A stretch of 64,000 nucleotides of DNA from Fistulifera solaris (taxonomy: Eukaryota): NCBI GenBank assembly GCA_030295235.1, contig AP026140.1, positions 496,001 through 560,000 of the forward strand. The letters run 5' to 3'. The position numbers and the translations under genes were made by a program. The notes beneath the pieces are model-generated. The model made no database searches. It was not told the DNA's origin and saw only the letters and a list, made by a program, of their open reading frames with translations. Below, in pieces: positions 21,601-35,252 of the stretch (the first letter of the stretch is position 1; every line of letters begins with the position of its first letter).

Positions 21601-24600
21601 GAAGCCAATGAGCATAGGTGTCATTTCTGAGTTTGCTTTTTGTGCATATTTGAAAACGTCTGTCTGAACTCGTTGCATTGTAGCCTGAGAACAGTGCGTT
21701 TGCGATGCCCTCTCAGAGGATACGTCAAACGAGAGAGTGGACGACACCGGAGGCATACCGACTTGCATTCTCGACAGATAACAAACAAATTTTTCCAGTT
21801 GAATTGGTGCCAGCGGTTTCGATGCAAATGCTTGGAGTTGCTTGAACGGAATATTAACCGCAGCGCAGTTCTGAACATCCAAGTAAAACTTTTCTTGCGA
21901 ATAGTCAGATATGCGCGGTACAACCCACAACCGGTGTGAAGAAAATGATTCAGGTCGACTTAATATCATAGCGGAACGAGGTAATGATTCCGGGTAGACA
22001 CTTGTGTTCTTTATCATAGCCCGAACACCTTCCTGGTTTAGAAAAGTGTGCAATTCCCCAATCAGCCTGGTGACTGAGTCCTTGCCGGCAAACATCCCTT
22101 TCAGTTTACTCATTCCACTATCAGGCTGAAACTTTGGAATCGATGGATGCGATGCTACCGGCGGATTTTCGGCAAGAATTCTTAGAATTGACATCTCAGC
22201 GGAAAGCGTTTTGTAATCCGACGGCGGGATGAGTCTAAAAAGCATTCGGCCCCAATTATGTGGTCTATCAGCGGGATGAAGCTTGAACTTCACAGTGTTC
22301 GTAAGCAGGTCATAAAGGAGAGGAAAGCCATATCTAGATGATGCCATTTCCACCCCAGACGATACGGCATTATTTATGAACTCAAGAGCCTTTAGCCCTC
22401 CGTATGCTACATCGTCCTGAAGTCAACAAAGAAGGTCAACATTGGCAAAACATTGCAGCAGAATACTCTGTTCCAACAGACTTACCTCCTCTGGTCTACT
22501 ATACGCTGCCCCAAATAGCTTCGCCGATACCATTGTCTTCTTCGGATTTTCGATGATTGTAAAGTCCGCACCAAAGTCAAAATTTTCTACCAGCGGTGGC
22601 TTTTCTTTGCCCAATTGTACGGTGAGCGTCTTGTCTTTAGGCAATGACGAGAGGCTGGAAACCGCTCCCACAAAAGCCTTCCGATTAAGAAGCGTAAGCG
22701 AAAGTCGATCCTTACTTTCGGGTGTACAAAGCTGAAGAAGAAGCAACTCCTCTTCGGTTGTCAATCTACACGCCGAAGATACATATCCGTGTTTCTTCAC
22801 ATATGCCTCCATTTCCTCCGAGATGCTCCATGGACACTTCATTGTCGATTCCGAACCCAATCCTACCGTCACAACCGACAACTTTAACCTACAAGCATGA
22901 GCATCTGGGTGAAAGTCATTGCCAAGAAATTCAAGCTGGTTAAAGATTTGTTGCTAAAATCCTTAAAGCGTGAGCTGCATTTAGCCGTAAAGATTCAAGC
23001 AAGCAATTGATTAGGGACTCACCTCTTCTGCGTTCAGCTCTTCACTAACACATGACTCGACCATTTTGAACACCTCCGCATACGAACCGGTGATAAAGTA
23101 CATAAGCATCAAATAAAGAGAGGACGCCAGAGAAGGGGTGACAAGGAAAGACTGCGAATTGTGAATTGGATAAAGGTAGGACCGTACTTCCCCAATGTTG
23201 TTGTTCCAGTCTTTGTTGCGCCTGTCAAGAATGACTTGCACAGAAAGATGAGAGCCGTCTACATGGAGGCGCCGCGGTAAAGCACAGCTTGGCATCAAAA
23301 CGAAAAGATCATTGTCCGAATTTTGAAGAACGATATAATGAGCAATCGTACCAAGCAAACGCTCCGAGATTTCACGTGCTTCGGTCGATGTGGCTATGAA
23401 CAGACCGTCATAATCATTGCTGTAAATACGCTGCTCTACTTGCCCGTCAACCACTTCTTCAGTCTTGGCTTTGAATGAGAGATTTACTCGAGGTAGCTCA
23501 ATCAAATCGATGGAACCAGGATCGTGAGGGGTCTTTAATTCTTCTTTACTCCAAACAAGGACATGAGCAAGATTATCGAGTCGCGAGAGAAGCATGCCGA
23601 CTCGTTTCAACAATGAAGAAGGAGGCGCGGTAAGGATATTCAGTAGCGTGTGAGATGCTCGATTATTATCGAGTTGCTGAATTGAATGATCATATCCGAG
23701 CACAGGAATACGCTGGATGAGAGCTTCTGCGGCTGAATTACAGTAGCCAGTCTCGTCAAATTCGGAGCCCTTGGAAAGGATAATGCGTAATCTAGTCGAC
23801 GGCGTGTTTTCATCTATTGGTGGCTTTTCTACGTCATCCTCACTTCTTGTAGGCTCTTTCTCGTAGCCGATTATGTTGTCGTCTTCGCTTTGCCAAAAGT
23901 GATACTTCGCGACAAGTGCCGAAGGAAGTAAACCCGCTAGAAACCTGGGAGGAACGTAAGTCTGCAACCCCAACTCAGAATTCAATGCTCGAGTTACAAG
24001 TAGAGATGGTCCGGGGTCGACTGTAGTCATCGGAACACCCGCGGATAGGGATAAAATCCCGCCTACTCGGTCAGGATATGGCTCTCCCTTTACTTCATGC
24101 AGACACATAGAGATATTGGATGAGTATTCAAGGACACGCATGTGCCTCCTTCCATGCTCAACAACATTGAAAACAGCCAAGACAGGAGGATGCTGCCAAA
24201 CAACAACTTCCTTCAAAGTGTGACTACCTGGCGCCCCGTCAGTTGCTTTGTTGTTTTTCATCCAACCACTCAATACAACGAATGCTTCATCGGCTTGATT
24301 TTTCGGGCTCATGTACAAAGTCGTTTCCGGTAGAATTAGCGCCAACTTGTCCTTGAGTATATCAGCTATCCACATTTCATCCCTGTGAAGGTTATTTGGA
24401 AATTTCCGGGAGAGACGAGGGTCCAAAAATCCCTTTATGTCGTAGTAGTTTCGGCTATCAGGGCCCCAGGACAAAACGTCGTATCTTCGTCCCACAAGTC
24501 GCCACCAGTACCGATTGGTCGTGTGGACAACCTCAGCACATGCAACGTCCGAAGCATCTTTCAGAGCTGTGCTCCTTGTGGCTCTGAAGTCACGGTTTTC

Positions 24601-27600
24601 AATGATATGGGGATCAAGAAGTGACATTTTATGATTTTGCAAAGTGAAGTCACTGAGTTGGACATTCACTTCGATACCTACAGCCTTCGTCGTGACGTAG
24701 AGCATCCATTCTTCGTATGTTTGACCTTCTTTTGGGATACGGTAACTACCATCTCGTAAATTTTTATCTTCGGTGTCTGGGACAAAGCGACCATAACAAG
24801 TTTGGTGCTGAATACTCTGCCAATGGCGATTCTCCTCAGTGCTTTCTTCTCGTGTACCGGTACCTGTTGCAATGCGCACAACCGCTTCCATAGCTCGGTC
24901 ACCTTCTTTAGGATGCTCTCGAATGAAGCGTAGAATGTTGTATCGATGGGACTGGATACAATCGAAAATTTCTGATTGAGCTATCTGAATTGAAGGAGGT
25001 GGCTGTGTTGGGTTCGCTGTATCTTGCAAATCATCATAGACTTTACTGCTGAAGCGATGATTGATGGTAAGATAAACTTGCGACGACATGATGATCGACA
25101 CGGCTCTGTAGTCGAGATCCTCATAATCATAATTCTTGAAGAGGTACAATAGATGAGCGTGAGTGAGACATCCGGTGGTTACGTCTTTAGACCGTGATGG
25201 ATCAATCCAATACTCGAGAGTCGGAATAGCCTGAGCATCAAGAACGCCACGCAACTTCTTCAAAGCATTCTCCACCTTGATGTTGTCCAAGGATTCCAAC
25301 CCACGAGGCCGCGGCTGGCCGGGGATGCACTTTTTCAGAGCATACTTCAAGTACCCCTCGAGTCGAACAGCCAGTCGAATCGCATACAAAATCAATGGTC
25401 CACTTGCGCTCTTCTTAGTGTAACGTCCCACATCCATATCTAGCGCTCGTTCTAATATTTTGATGACACAACTTATCAGAACGTCAGGCGACTTGGCTAT
25501 TTCATTGAACAAAGTACCATGAGGTGTCGCAAGAAGAGCCTCAAGACGATCGATATCAATGACAGGAACCTCATTGATGAAGTCAGCGAAGTCTGCTGGT
25601 TTCCATCGTCCAGGTTCGAACAGTGCTGCATCCACAATGAGCTGCAGCGACTTAGTCTTCAAGGCCGACAATCTTGACGGATCTCCGTTCGCAAAAAAAT
25701 CTAAAATCAAAGGAATGCGTATGTACGGTACAGTTAAGAATTGCACGAACCGTTCAGAGTCAGACGGTGTTAGGACGTTGCCAAAAGTGGGAAGCTCTTT
25801 CGTTTCAAGATGTAACACATCATCCTCCGTAACCACTGAAACGGGCTTTGACCTGGACGAGTAGGATAAGATGGTGAGAACATTGTTAACAGCCCAATGA
25901 GCCAAATGCGACGCTCGACGCGTGCTTACCGCTTGGCCAAAAACTTCTCGCCGCAAGAATTAACAACTGTCGTGGCATCGGCGGATGATAATCGCGATCG
26001 TTCGATCTTCGACTTTGCTGAGAAAAGGGCGAGAAATCCTTTGAAGGCCGAAGATTTTTTCGTAGGCTCTTGTTGCGCAATTCGCTCAACGAACTGCTGG
26101 TCGTGACCTCGAAAAGCAGTGACATGGTAGGAGAACAACGGGTTTTCTTTCTCTTTCTCATTTCTCTTTACTTGCCAATGAAGAGTAGCATCAGATGGAA
26201 GCCATGTGTGTGTTTCCGGAACGTCCGGAGTCTGATCTTTGCCTGATACAGCGTGCTTGAAATGGAAAACTATATCCCGGAAATACTCGAACTCGGGCAG
26301 GACCTCGATCAGCGACCCATTTGAACCCCCAATCAGTCGAGCAGCATGGTTTGTCATTTCTTCGTCAGTGCGTGGATGAGGGCGCTGCATCGCCAACTGA
26401 ATAGACAGCTGATCTATCAAAGCCACATCACCCTTCATGGGGGAAAGGCTTTTGTCAAAATTAAAAATAGTATTACGGAAGGTACCATCGCGTCTCATAC
26501 TCAAGTTCCTCAGATAATCTAAACACTGGTATCGAAGCGAACAAACATTCGGATCGTAAATGGGAAGATTTGATCCCAGTGTATCGTACGCTCCAGCTTC
26601 AATTGCAAAGGGCTCGGTAGGACCCTCACATAGACCCGAATAATGCAAGGCAAAAGTACTGGGATCGTCCACAGCCACTGCCCGGCAGATGGCGTCGGCG
26701 ACACAAGCGGCTGCAGCAAAAGCGGTGGAACGGATGGCGATCAATCCTCTGGATTGCTGGACGCATGCGGTGGCCGCCGAATATATTCTGCAAAGTCTTC
26801 GGATGAGAAAAAGCAAATTTAACTGAGTTTCTCGGCGCATTTCACTTTTTCGCCAGAAGCAAAACTTAGGATCCAAGTTGGGCATGGGCAACACCGTGGT
26901 CAGCGCATGCTGAGCAGCCGACGCTGCGAAGGCGGGAGCATTTTTATCAGGCTTCGTTGCTGAAGAAGCAAACTACATGCGTCTGCAACACGTTGCAAGT
27001 AGGAACCAGCAGTTGCATAATCTTTGGCTACAGGGGGAAGGTGCTCATCCGTCAATACTGCTGGAATCAAGATAGGATCAGGTCGAGGGTCTCCCATCAA
27101 ACGCTTGACAACTTCCTCATAATTGTCCCTTCGTAAACGACCAAAGAGCGGAAATGCAGCAGAGCCAGCTCCAGTGCGCATCGAGACAATTTTGCCCTTA
27201 GAGAAGTCGTCGGTCATGGCAGCCGCAGTCAACCCGTGACTGTACTGATCCATTGGTTTTGCAGACGAAAAGTTAATCTTTTTCAACAGCTTGTCTAAAA
27301 GATCCCACGTATCAGACAGCGACGCACCAAGACTTCCGTCTCCAACAGTATTGGGATGAATTGTCGATGCAAAGTTTGCGATGTTTCTTCCTGCCAGCTT
27401 CAAGATTCGGGTATCTTCTGGATCCATGGAAGAGGGAGGAGCATGCTCAATTTCACCATAGGCAAGTTGAACGGCAGCGTTCATCAAAAGCAGGGTAGCA
27501 TATTTGGAGCTGCTAGTACCGGTTGCGGGAGAGCTCGTCAACGCTAGTCTCGCCAACGGATGGTACGACTGCGCCGATATTTCGTCCGGAACTTCCAAGT

Positions 27601-29402
27601 ATTCCGAGGGACCCTGATCCAAGTTGGAGAGTAGAGGACGCGAGTTCAAGGCCGGCAAAAGCTTGGTGTACAAGAAAGCCGCGTTGTTCTTATGACTCGG
27701 ATAAACTTGCATGCGAAACAATAGAGTCCAGAAAGTAGAATCCATAATACGAACACTCGGGATGTCCCAAATGGTCATGGCAAGCTGTTTCAATTCACGA
27801 CCAGTCTCGGGATCAAAGCTAGCTGGATGGTATTGCAGACCATCACGACCCGTGTTGCAAACGGTGAAACTCCAGCGGTTGTTTCCGCAGTTTCGAATGA
27901 TGTAAAGACACAAGTACGTGTAATCGGGCTGCTGCCAACCACCCGGTAACACGAGCTGTTGGTTGTCTTGGACCTGCTCCAAAAACGGCACAAAGACGTT
28001 GATGAAATTCATAAAAAGCCCGTCCAAAGCAGCCCCGGAAGCACCCGCCGAGTGCGGAAGAAGACTGATCAGCTTAATACACGCTTCACAAGCCATGTGG
28101 TTGTTGTGTAAGAATGCGATCGGATTCTTCCCCGCCCGCTTCTGAGCGGTCATGGCACACACATGACTGACAAAACTCAAAGCCTTGGAAAGTTGCTGAT
28201 AATTCGCGGATCGGTCCGCCAATTTTTCTTTCGGTACCGGCTTTTGCTGAATGTACGTGTTCAGATTCATCAAGGCCCAGAACGGTGGAACACGAAAGAT
28301 CGGAGCGAAGGTGCGTTCCGGCAACTTGTTGCTTCCCACCAAGTATTCGTACGGATTGAACGAAGCCATCGTCATATCGACTTCTCCGCTCGTCGTTGAC
28401 GACGACAAATGAAAACCACTCGTCCCCAAACCCGCCGTCGTGTCCGACACACGCGCCTTGCGCGATTCTTCTCGTTCTTTGCGCATTTGTTCCTTTTGAC
28501 GAGCTTCTTCTTGTTCGCGCAAGCGTCGTGCCTTGGCTTCAGCGTCCGGTGCGATCGCCAAAGACTGTCCGGTGCCCGCAAAGCTACTGACACTCGACAC
28601 GGCCGTCGCCGCGGGAGTCCGGGGGAGCGGATACTTGGTCGTATCTTCCGTCGGTGCTTTCGCCGGCGTCGTCATGCTCGGTGTTTTGGCGACAACGGGG
28701 GTACCCGTCGACTTGATCGACGACGTCAAAGGCGAACTGGCTCGACTCCCCGCCGGTGTCGTCGTTTTGCTACTACTCGGCGATGCAATGCCCAGGCGTG
28801 CCAAAGCCGCCTCCGCCGAAGATGGAGCCGCCGGTGAGTTTGACTTGGGGGTATGGCTGACGGGGGTGGCGACCGAGTTCTGCGAACCACTGAACGTACT
28901 AGAAGGAGTCGTCATCGCGGTAGGGGTAGACACTTGTGGTGGACCGGGAAAGGACATTCCGGACGTGGTGGTGGGTGCCGGCATACTCGACAAACCGAGG
29001 TTCGTCGAGCCAGACAAGTTGTTCGAAGGAGCATTCAATCCTTCCAAACCAGCAAAAGGGTCTTCTGGTTCGTAGCGAGGTTGCGGCATGGTAAAGGATC
29101 CTGTAGGAGCAAAGGATACCGGCGGCTGCTGCTGAGCTCGTTGCGGATGTACTTGCGGCACTGCGGAGGGGAACGAAGCTTGCTGCATACGCTGCTGCAT
29201 GTTGGGAGGCACAAAAGCCGGTGTCACCGGAGTCACGTAGGTCGGAGGAAACCATCCTTCCTTGTTGTTGTAGGATCCCCACCACCAGGCCCCCCTCCTG
29301 ATTAGGCTTGGCAAGAATGGTAGCACCCGGCGGGAAGGAGAGTTGCGACTGGCGCGGATCACCTTGAAACAGGTGTTTGGAGACGTAGTGCGCGGGCTGC
29401 AT
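15674..29402 (-). CDS. Giant (~4,400 aa) multi-exon protein: SH3, Pro-rich linker, unknown region, DUF3638/DUF3645 P-loop (SF2-like) region, poly-Glu, 2 EF-hands, Vps62-like C-terminus
   Basis: Abutting same-strand ORFs joined by GT-AG introns (e.g. 17718-17788) or single-base breaks. Motifs: SH3 (LSFPPG...WWWGSYNNKEGWFPPTYV), QMIMGAGKT, LLLDEVD, AVPFVGKDIPSRASQFSHPDI..GLTILAYRYEGL, EF loops DRDRDGLLNQED and DKDSDGFINLEE, W.PVPP...FVALG....CVP. Confidence 0.82.
17664..17717 (-). repeat. GAR trinucleotide tract encoding 18 consecutive Glu inside the giant gene
   Basis: Pure (GAA/GAG)n directly after the AG acceptor at 17718-17719. Confidence 0.88.
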
Positions 29403-30054
29403 TTTGGATCTTTGACGGACCCGATCTTTGTTGCTCAAGTTTTAAAGGCAAAATGCACGGCAATTTACAGTGCTTCAAGGAATAGAGAAAGTTTTTCAAT
29501 AACCGTTCACTTTCTTCGAATAGGAGGATGAGGAAAGCACCTTTGACCCAGGAAGCAAGAATGAAGATCAACGTTAACGGACCGCGAAAGGGGCATCATC
29601 GGTGGGAGGATCGTTTGTCGTTTGTCGTCCTCCTTGTTCACTCCACGCTCACAGTGAGCCAATGCCAGTTGACCGTCACTATATGTGTTAAAAGTGGGGG
29701 ACGTACGTCCTTCGTCTCGCCACGCAATTTAAAACATCAACGGCATTAAGGCGATCGATCGGCGACGAAACTCTAAGCAGAAAACCTGCTTACAAAATAA
29801 AAGTACTATCACCAGTGCCGCTCCAACGGTACTATACGCTTCTATGTAGACGACCTTTTGCAGAGCAATCATTCATCCCTCCATCACCCAAACCGTATTC
29901 CGAAAAAACGTGCTTCACGATCCAAGACAACGGACCGATTTCAACGCCAACAACAACAAACCAACAACCGCAACAAACCTGCCGCCAAACATGGCTTCGG
30001 AATAAGTGCATTATCTTCTTCTGTGACGTTTCCGGCTCACAATTGGTCTTCATC

Positions 30055-32468
30055 ATGCAAACAACACTCCAACCCATCGAAGATGAAGTATTAGTGCCGT
30101 TACAGCCGGATGAAGAAACGGAAGATGGAAGGGTCCGCAACCGGGAAGCGATTGCGAAAATACGGGATATTTGGATTTACAGTAAAGTGCGGGCCCGACA
30201 AGAGGAATTTACGCAATATCGTAAGGTGCGTGTGCGTATTATAGGAACGCGAACAATGAAAAATGGCTACCTCGTAGTTGTGTGATATCTTCTTTCCTAC
30301 AATCCTTTACACTCTTTATACTCAATCGCTTTTCACTACACACAGGCACTTGTTTTTACCGGCACCTGGAATGTCAATGCCAAAGGCAAAGAAGAACCCC
30401 TCGATGAATGGTTGTGCGCCGATTGGGCCACGCAGGGATTGCCGGACTTGGTCGCCGTCGGTTTTCAAGAAATTGTCGATCTCAATGCCGTCAATGTCGC
30501 CGTCGATAACAAAACCCAACAACGTTCACAAGTTTGGACGGAACGTTTGAATGCCACGCTGAATCAACACGCGAATCAACCGGAGCGTCGGTATGTACTT
30601 GTGGCACAAAAAAGTATGGTCGGATTGTTGATTTGTGTCTTTGTGCGATTTCCGCATTACCCCAAAGTCCAGTACGTTCAAACGAGTCAAGTGGGAGTCG
30701 GTGTCATGGGTATGATGGGCAACAAGGGAGGTGTCAGTGTCCGGTTGCAATTTTACGATTCGTCCTTGTGCTTTGTGTGCAGTCATTTGGCCGCCCATCG
30801 TGAAAATGTCACCGGTCGGAATGCCGATTTTGCCAATGTCTTTTCCAAAACGGTCTTCGATGTCGGCGAAGCCGCCATTCGCGAAGTCATTCGGTCCGGA
30901 TCGTTGTCGCACTTTGCCAGTCAATCCACGACAGTCGGCTTGGCCGATCATGATCATACATTCTGGTTGGGTGATCTCAATTATCGAATTGATGAATCCA
31001 TGCCCACGGAACAAATATTAAAATTGTCGGAAACGTGTCAAAGTTCGCGCCATGTACCACCCGAGTTGCGTCAATTGGATCAATTGAATATGGAACGGTC
31101 CGCCGGTCGGGTCTTTGCCGGATTTCAAGAAGGGGTCTTGCACTTTGCTCCGACGTACAAGTATCAACCGGGCACCGATATGTACGAACAACGTCCCGAA
31201 AAGAAATTACGAGCGCCAGCCTGGTGTGATCGCATTTTGTGGATGTCGCAACAAGCCGAACACGTCCAGCAGTTGACCTATTCCAGAAGTGAACGACCCA
31301 ATTGTTCCGATCATAAACCCGTGTACAGTTCCCTGCAATTGACCGTCAAAGATGTTATTCAAGAAAAACGGGAAGCCATTTATGCCGAATTGAATGCCTT
31401 ATTGAGTCGGTATGAGAATCCGCAAACACTTCCGGTCATTGAATTGGATCAAGTGGCGTTGGACTTTGGACCCATTCGTTACCAGGAACGCAAAACGTTG
31501 TCAATTCGTATCACAAACATTGGGAGTGTCGTGGCCATTTTTCGGTTCGTTCCCAAAACTGATGAGGTACGTCAGTCATTCTTGCTTTGTAGCCGGTGGA
31601 TGCCGCATTTCTGACCTCTCGGTGACAGGTCGGTATCTGCAAACGGTGGCTTTCGGTCAAACCCGCATTTGGTATGTTGGTGCCCGGTGATCCACCTTTG
31701 ACGGTGAATTTCACCATTACGATTGACAGCTACACCGCCCAATTACTCAATTCGGGACGCGAAGTTCTGGATGATATCGTGATTTTGCGTTTGGAAGATG
31801 GTCGTGATTATTATATCACGATCAAAGCATCGTTTGCGCGATCGTGTTTTGGCATGGCAGCCGATGAGCTCGTCATGTATTCCGATCCGATCCGTAGTAT
31901 TCCCATTGATCCCCTGGAACGGGCCAAAAGATTGACCCGACCAACACGAGTACCGCGTTATGTATTCCCAAAGAACTTTGGCGCTGCATTGATGCCATTT
32001 ACCAAAAAGGTTTGGCGGAACCTCATCTCTTTGTCGAATCGGGCATCCCCGAAGAAACGGCCGCTATTCGCGAATGTCTCGACACCGGAACGGCCTTTGG
32101 GCGTTATTCCATCCACTCCTATGCCGACACGTTGGTATCATTCCTTTCCAGTCTTTTCTTCTCCGGTCGTACCGACCAAATTATTTCCGACGGTCGAAAT
32201 TGATTCGCAAACGATCCAATCGAGTGCCCGACGACTGATTGAAGATCTTCCTCCGATTCATTACAATATCTTTGTGTACGTGATTTCCTTTTTCCGTCAC
32301 GTGTTGGCGTTTCGGGATCGCAACTTGTTGACGGCCGCCAAGGTGGCGCGGGTGTGCGTGAACAGTTTGGCGCCCGGTCGGGATTTGGATAATACCGCGG
32401 CGTCCTTACAAAAACGCACGGGCATGCAGTTGATTGTCTTGCATCTGTTGGAGACGAGTAGTATTTGA
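30055..32468 (+). CDS. OCRL: OCRL/INPP5B-type inositol polyphosphate 5-phosphatase with ASH and RhoGAP-like domains
   Basis: GTWNVN, GFQEIV, GNKGGV, CSHLAAH, FWLGDLNYRI, PTYKY, PAWCDRILW, SDHKPV, then LDFG..RY, DIVILRLEDGRDYYI, SCFG and a RhoGAP-like tail. Introns about 30226-30345 and 31567-31628. Confidence 0.92.
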
Positions 32469-32549
32469 TGAATCTACTACTACTCAGTAAACGTCAAATT
32501 TTATGAATTCTGATATTTACTGTTCGTGTGTTATGCATTTCGATGGCTT

Positions 32550-33029
32550 CTATTCTTCCGCATCTTCATGAAAGGCCTCCAACGCCGCTACAAAATCCGG
32601 TTGCGACCGCAGGTGGGCGGACAGCTTTCGACAAAATTGTACAAAGGCCGGATCGTGCAACAATCGAAACAAATACTGCTGCACCACCGGTTCTTCCAAC
32701 GCTTGGGGTTCGAATGACGTTACAGAAGAAGGATTGAGACTCCACCATTCATCGGTAAATTGCAAACACTGCGGTAGGTCTTTGAATTGCAACACCAACA
32801 CCCGTACCCGCTGTTGTTGGGAATAAATTAAAAGACAGCGTCGACGACGGAGGACCGTCGTATGAGCAGGATCAATTTGGATGCGAATGTGCAACCGCGG
32901 CAAGACCAAACCACCGGCGCGGGGAATCGCTCGTATTTGAATGTTGCGCTGCACGCGCAATCGTTCGTAACCGCCTTCGGGCGTTTGACGAAAGACACGG
33001 ACGGGCCATTCGCGTTCTCGGGAGGCCAT
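32550..33029 (-). CDS. REC114: REC114/PHS1-like meiotic double-strand-break factor (putative)
   Basis: N-terminal WP.RVF, RVLVLQF....QC.QF (end of the PH-like domain) and C-terminal YLFRLLHDPAFVQFCRKL resemble the REC114 signature motifs. Confidence 0.6.
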   Translation of the reverse strand: MASREREWPVRVFRQTPEGGYERLRVQRNIQIRAIPRAGGLVLPRLHIRIQIDPAHTTVLRRRRCLLIYSQQQRVRVLVLQFKDLPQCLQFTDEWWSLNPSSVTSFEPQALEEPVVQQYLFRLLHDPAFVQFCRKLSAHLRSQPDFVAALEAFHEDAEE

Positions 33030-33579
33030 GGTTGATTTAGAAGAGTGTGTGCGTAATACTACTTTTTCTTTACTCGATTGAATAGCAGTAGCTTGGGGAA
33101 CAACGAGGATAACACGACATTCGTGATTGTTCTTTCCTGAATAAATCAAGCTATATTTTCTTTGTTAGAGGGATTGTTGCTGAACGAATGAATGAATGAA
33201 GGAAGAGTGATCGTGATATCGTAATAGTCGTGTCCCTTTTCCACAGTGTCAAAGAAAAACGGACGAAAATCATCGCGCCCATTTTGGATGAGAAATAGCT
33301 CGGTACTATCTTGTATCGAGATACTCTCTAAGTGACCACCTCCACGTAGGATTCGTACCAGCCATTATGCTAATGATGAAACGTCTTTCACGCCCGTCAC
33401 TCCTTTCTCGATTGTGTCTCCCCTTCTTCACTGTTCACCTCGTTCGAAGATGATTTCGACGTTTGAATGAAGCAATAAGTGATGATCAGAGCAAGGGACG
33501 ACATTCAACTTGATAACTCCGTTTTTATTGACTCTGTAGTCGTCTCGAAGTTGAATTATTATTTCAAAAAACAACAGAA

Positions 33580-34408
33580 ATGACATCGTGTATTATAAAG
33601 GAGAAGAAAGACACGCAACTGTCCATCTGCCACTATTTCGGCGTCCGCCCGTCTCAGCCAGTCCAGAAAACCGCTCCGAAGAAGAAGAAACGCAAATTCG
33701 AACAATTGTATTTGGATTTGGGACAACGCGATTTTGGAAAGCCTGTTCATTGTCATACGTGCGGAATGATGTACGTGCCGGGTGTCAAAGAAGATGGCAT
33801 GACGCACGCGCAACGGTGTCACGTGTTTCAACACGGTGTGCGATGGACACCGACACCCGCGATGCGCCTGGTCAACAAGGTATCGGCCGACGAATGTATT
33901 CTCGAAGTACGTATTTTATTACTTGTGTTGTCGTGATAATGGCGCGCGAAACTCACATCTGGCACTTTCCAAGATACGGCACACCGATCCCCGGATTCTT
34001 CGCAACAAACTAGCCGCAGTATTGGATGTGGTCCAACGAGAATTGAGTTTTGTGACGGATACCGATGGCCTCACGCCACAACAAACGGCCTATCTGTATA
34101 TCGTCCAGAACCGTGTCGTGGGACTCATCGTGGCCGAAACCATTGCTGAAGCTTTCACCGTCCATTCATCCGAGCGCCGTGACGCGCTTATGGGTATCTT
34201 TCAACTGTGGGTGCACGCCAATCATCGACGAAAGGGCATCGCGTCGCGATTGGTGACGGCCGCCCGCGAGCACAAAGTCTTTGGTATGGTCGTACCTTTC
34301 CACCAGACGGCATTTTCCAGTCCGACCCAATCGGGCCTGGAGTTTGCCAAGCAATATGCCAATGGTCCTGTTTTGGTTTACAACTGTGCGTCTCTTGAAT
34401 TGAAATAA
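33580..34408 (+). CDS. ECO1: Cohesin acetyltransferase ECO1/CTF7/ESCO
   Basis: PIP-like QLSICHYF, QLYLDLGQ, zinc finger C..CGMMY.PG..ED...H, GNAT motifs GIFQLWVH..HRRKGIASRLV and AFSSPT.SG..FA. Intron 33907-33973. Confidence 0.93.
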
Positions 34409-35252
34409 TTGATCATGCTGATATCCCGGATGTGGCGCCAAACGTGTGCAACTGAAGAATTCAAGACAGCGAACTACTAAAAGTGCACGAGGCGGTGGCT
34501 ATCTTCACTCAGGTGAAAAGAGCTATCTTTGTTCTTCATTGTTAGCTGAGGTAACATTAGGTAGACGAATTGATAGGTTATTGCATAAATAATAAGGAGT
34601 TAATGATTGTGCACCCTAGTTTTTGCGGCGGATGACAGACGACCGCACAGCATGTCGAGCTCACGTGTTCTGCGGTACGTTTCGTACACGTTCATTACTT
34701 TGTCAATCAACTGCAATGAAACCCCGACTTCAAGTTGGAGAAGCGTGAAGAACAGTTATTATCATAGCCCTTATGATTATTCAGTAATTGTCCAGTCCTA
34801 GTGATAGCTAAATAATTCTTTAACTGGCAGAATTACAATGATTTGTTATGTACTTGAGGGAGAATACCAGTACCGGCAAAGGAAAAGAACATGGAATTGC
34901 GAAGAAGGTCGAGCAGCGAACAGAGAACAAGAAATTATTGGCCAGAATGGATTTCAATCGTATGCCGTTCGTATCGTTCACGTGGCTCCCAGTACAAAAA
35001 TTGTGTAGGCCATAGAATATTCTTTATCGGTGTTCTCTCGTGTTCGCATTAGCGCCGTCGAAAGTTGAAACGCCGCATTGCGAAGGAACTTCGGATGGTC
35101 GTCTAATAAAATCAATCTTATCTTTGGCAACGTTTGCATTCCTTTGTTCTACAATCTCCTAATCCCTCCACTTTCAAACTCACTTATCAACATCCTCTTC
35201 ATTGCATCTATTGCATTCCCGTGTTCCTCAATACGTACTAACATCAATTTGA

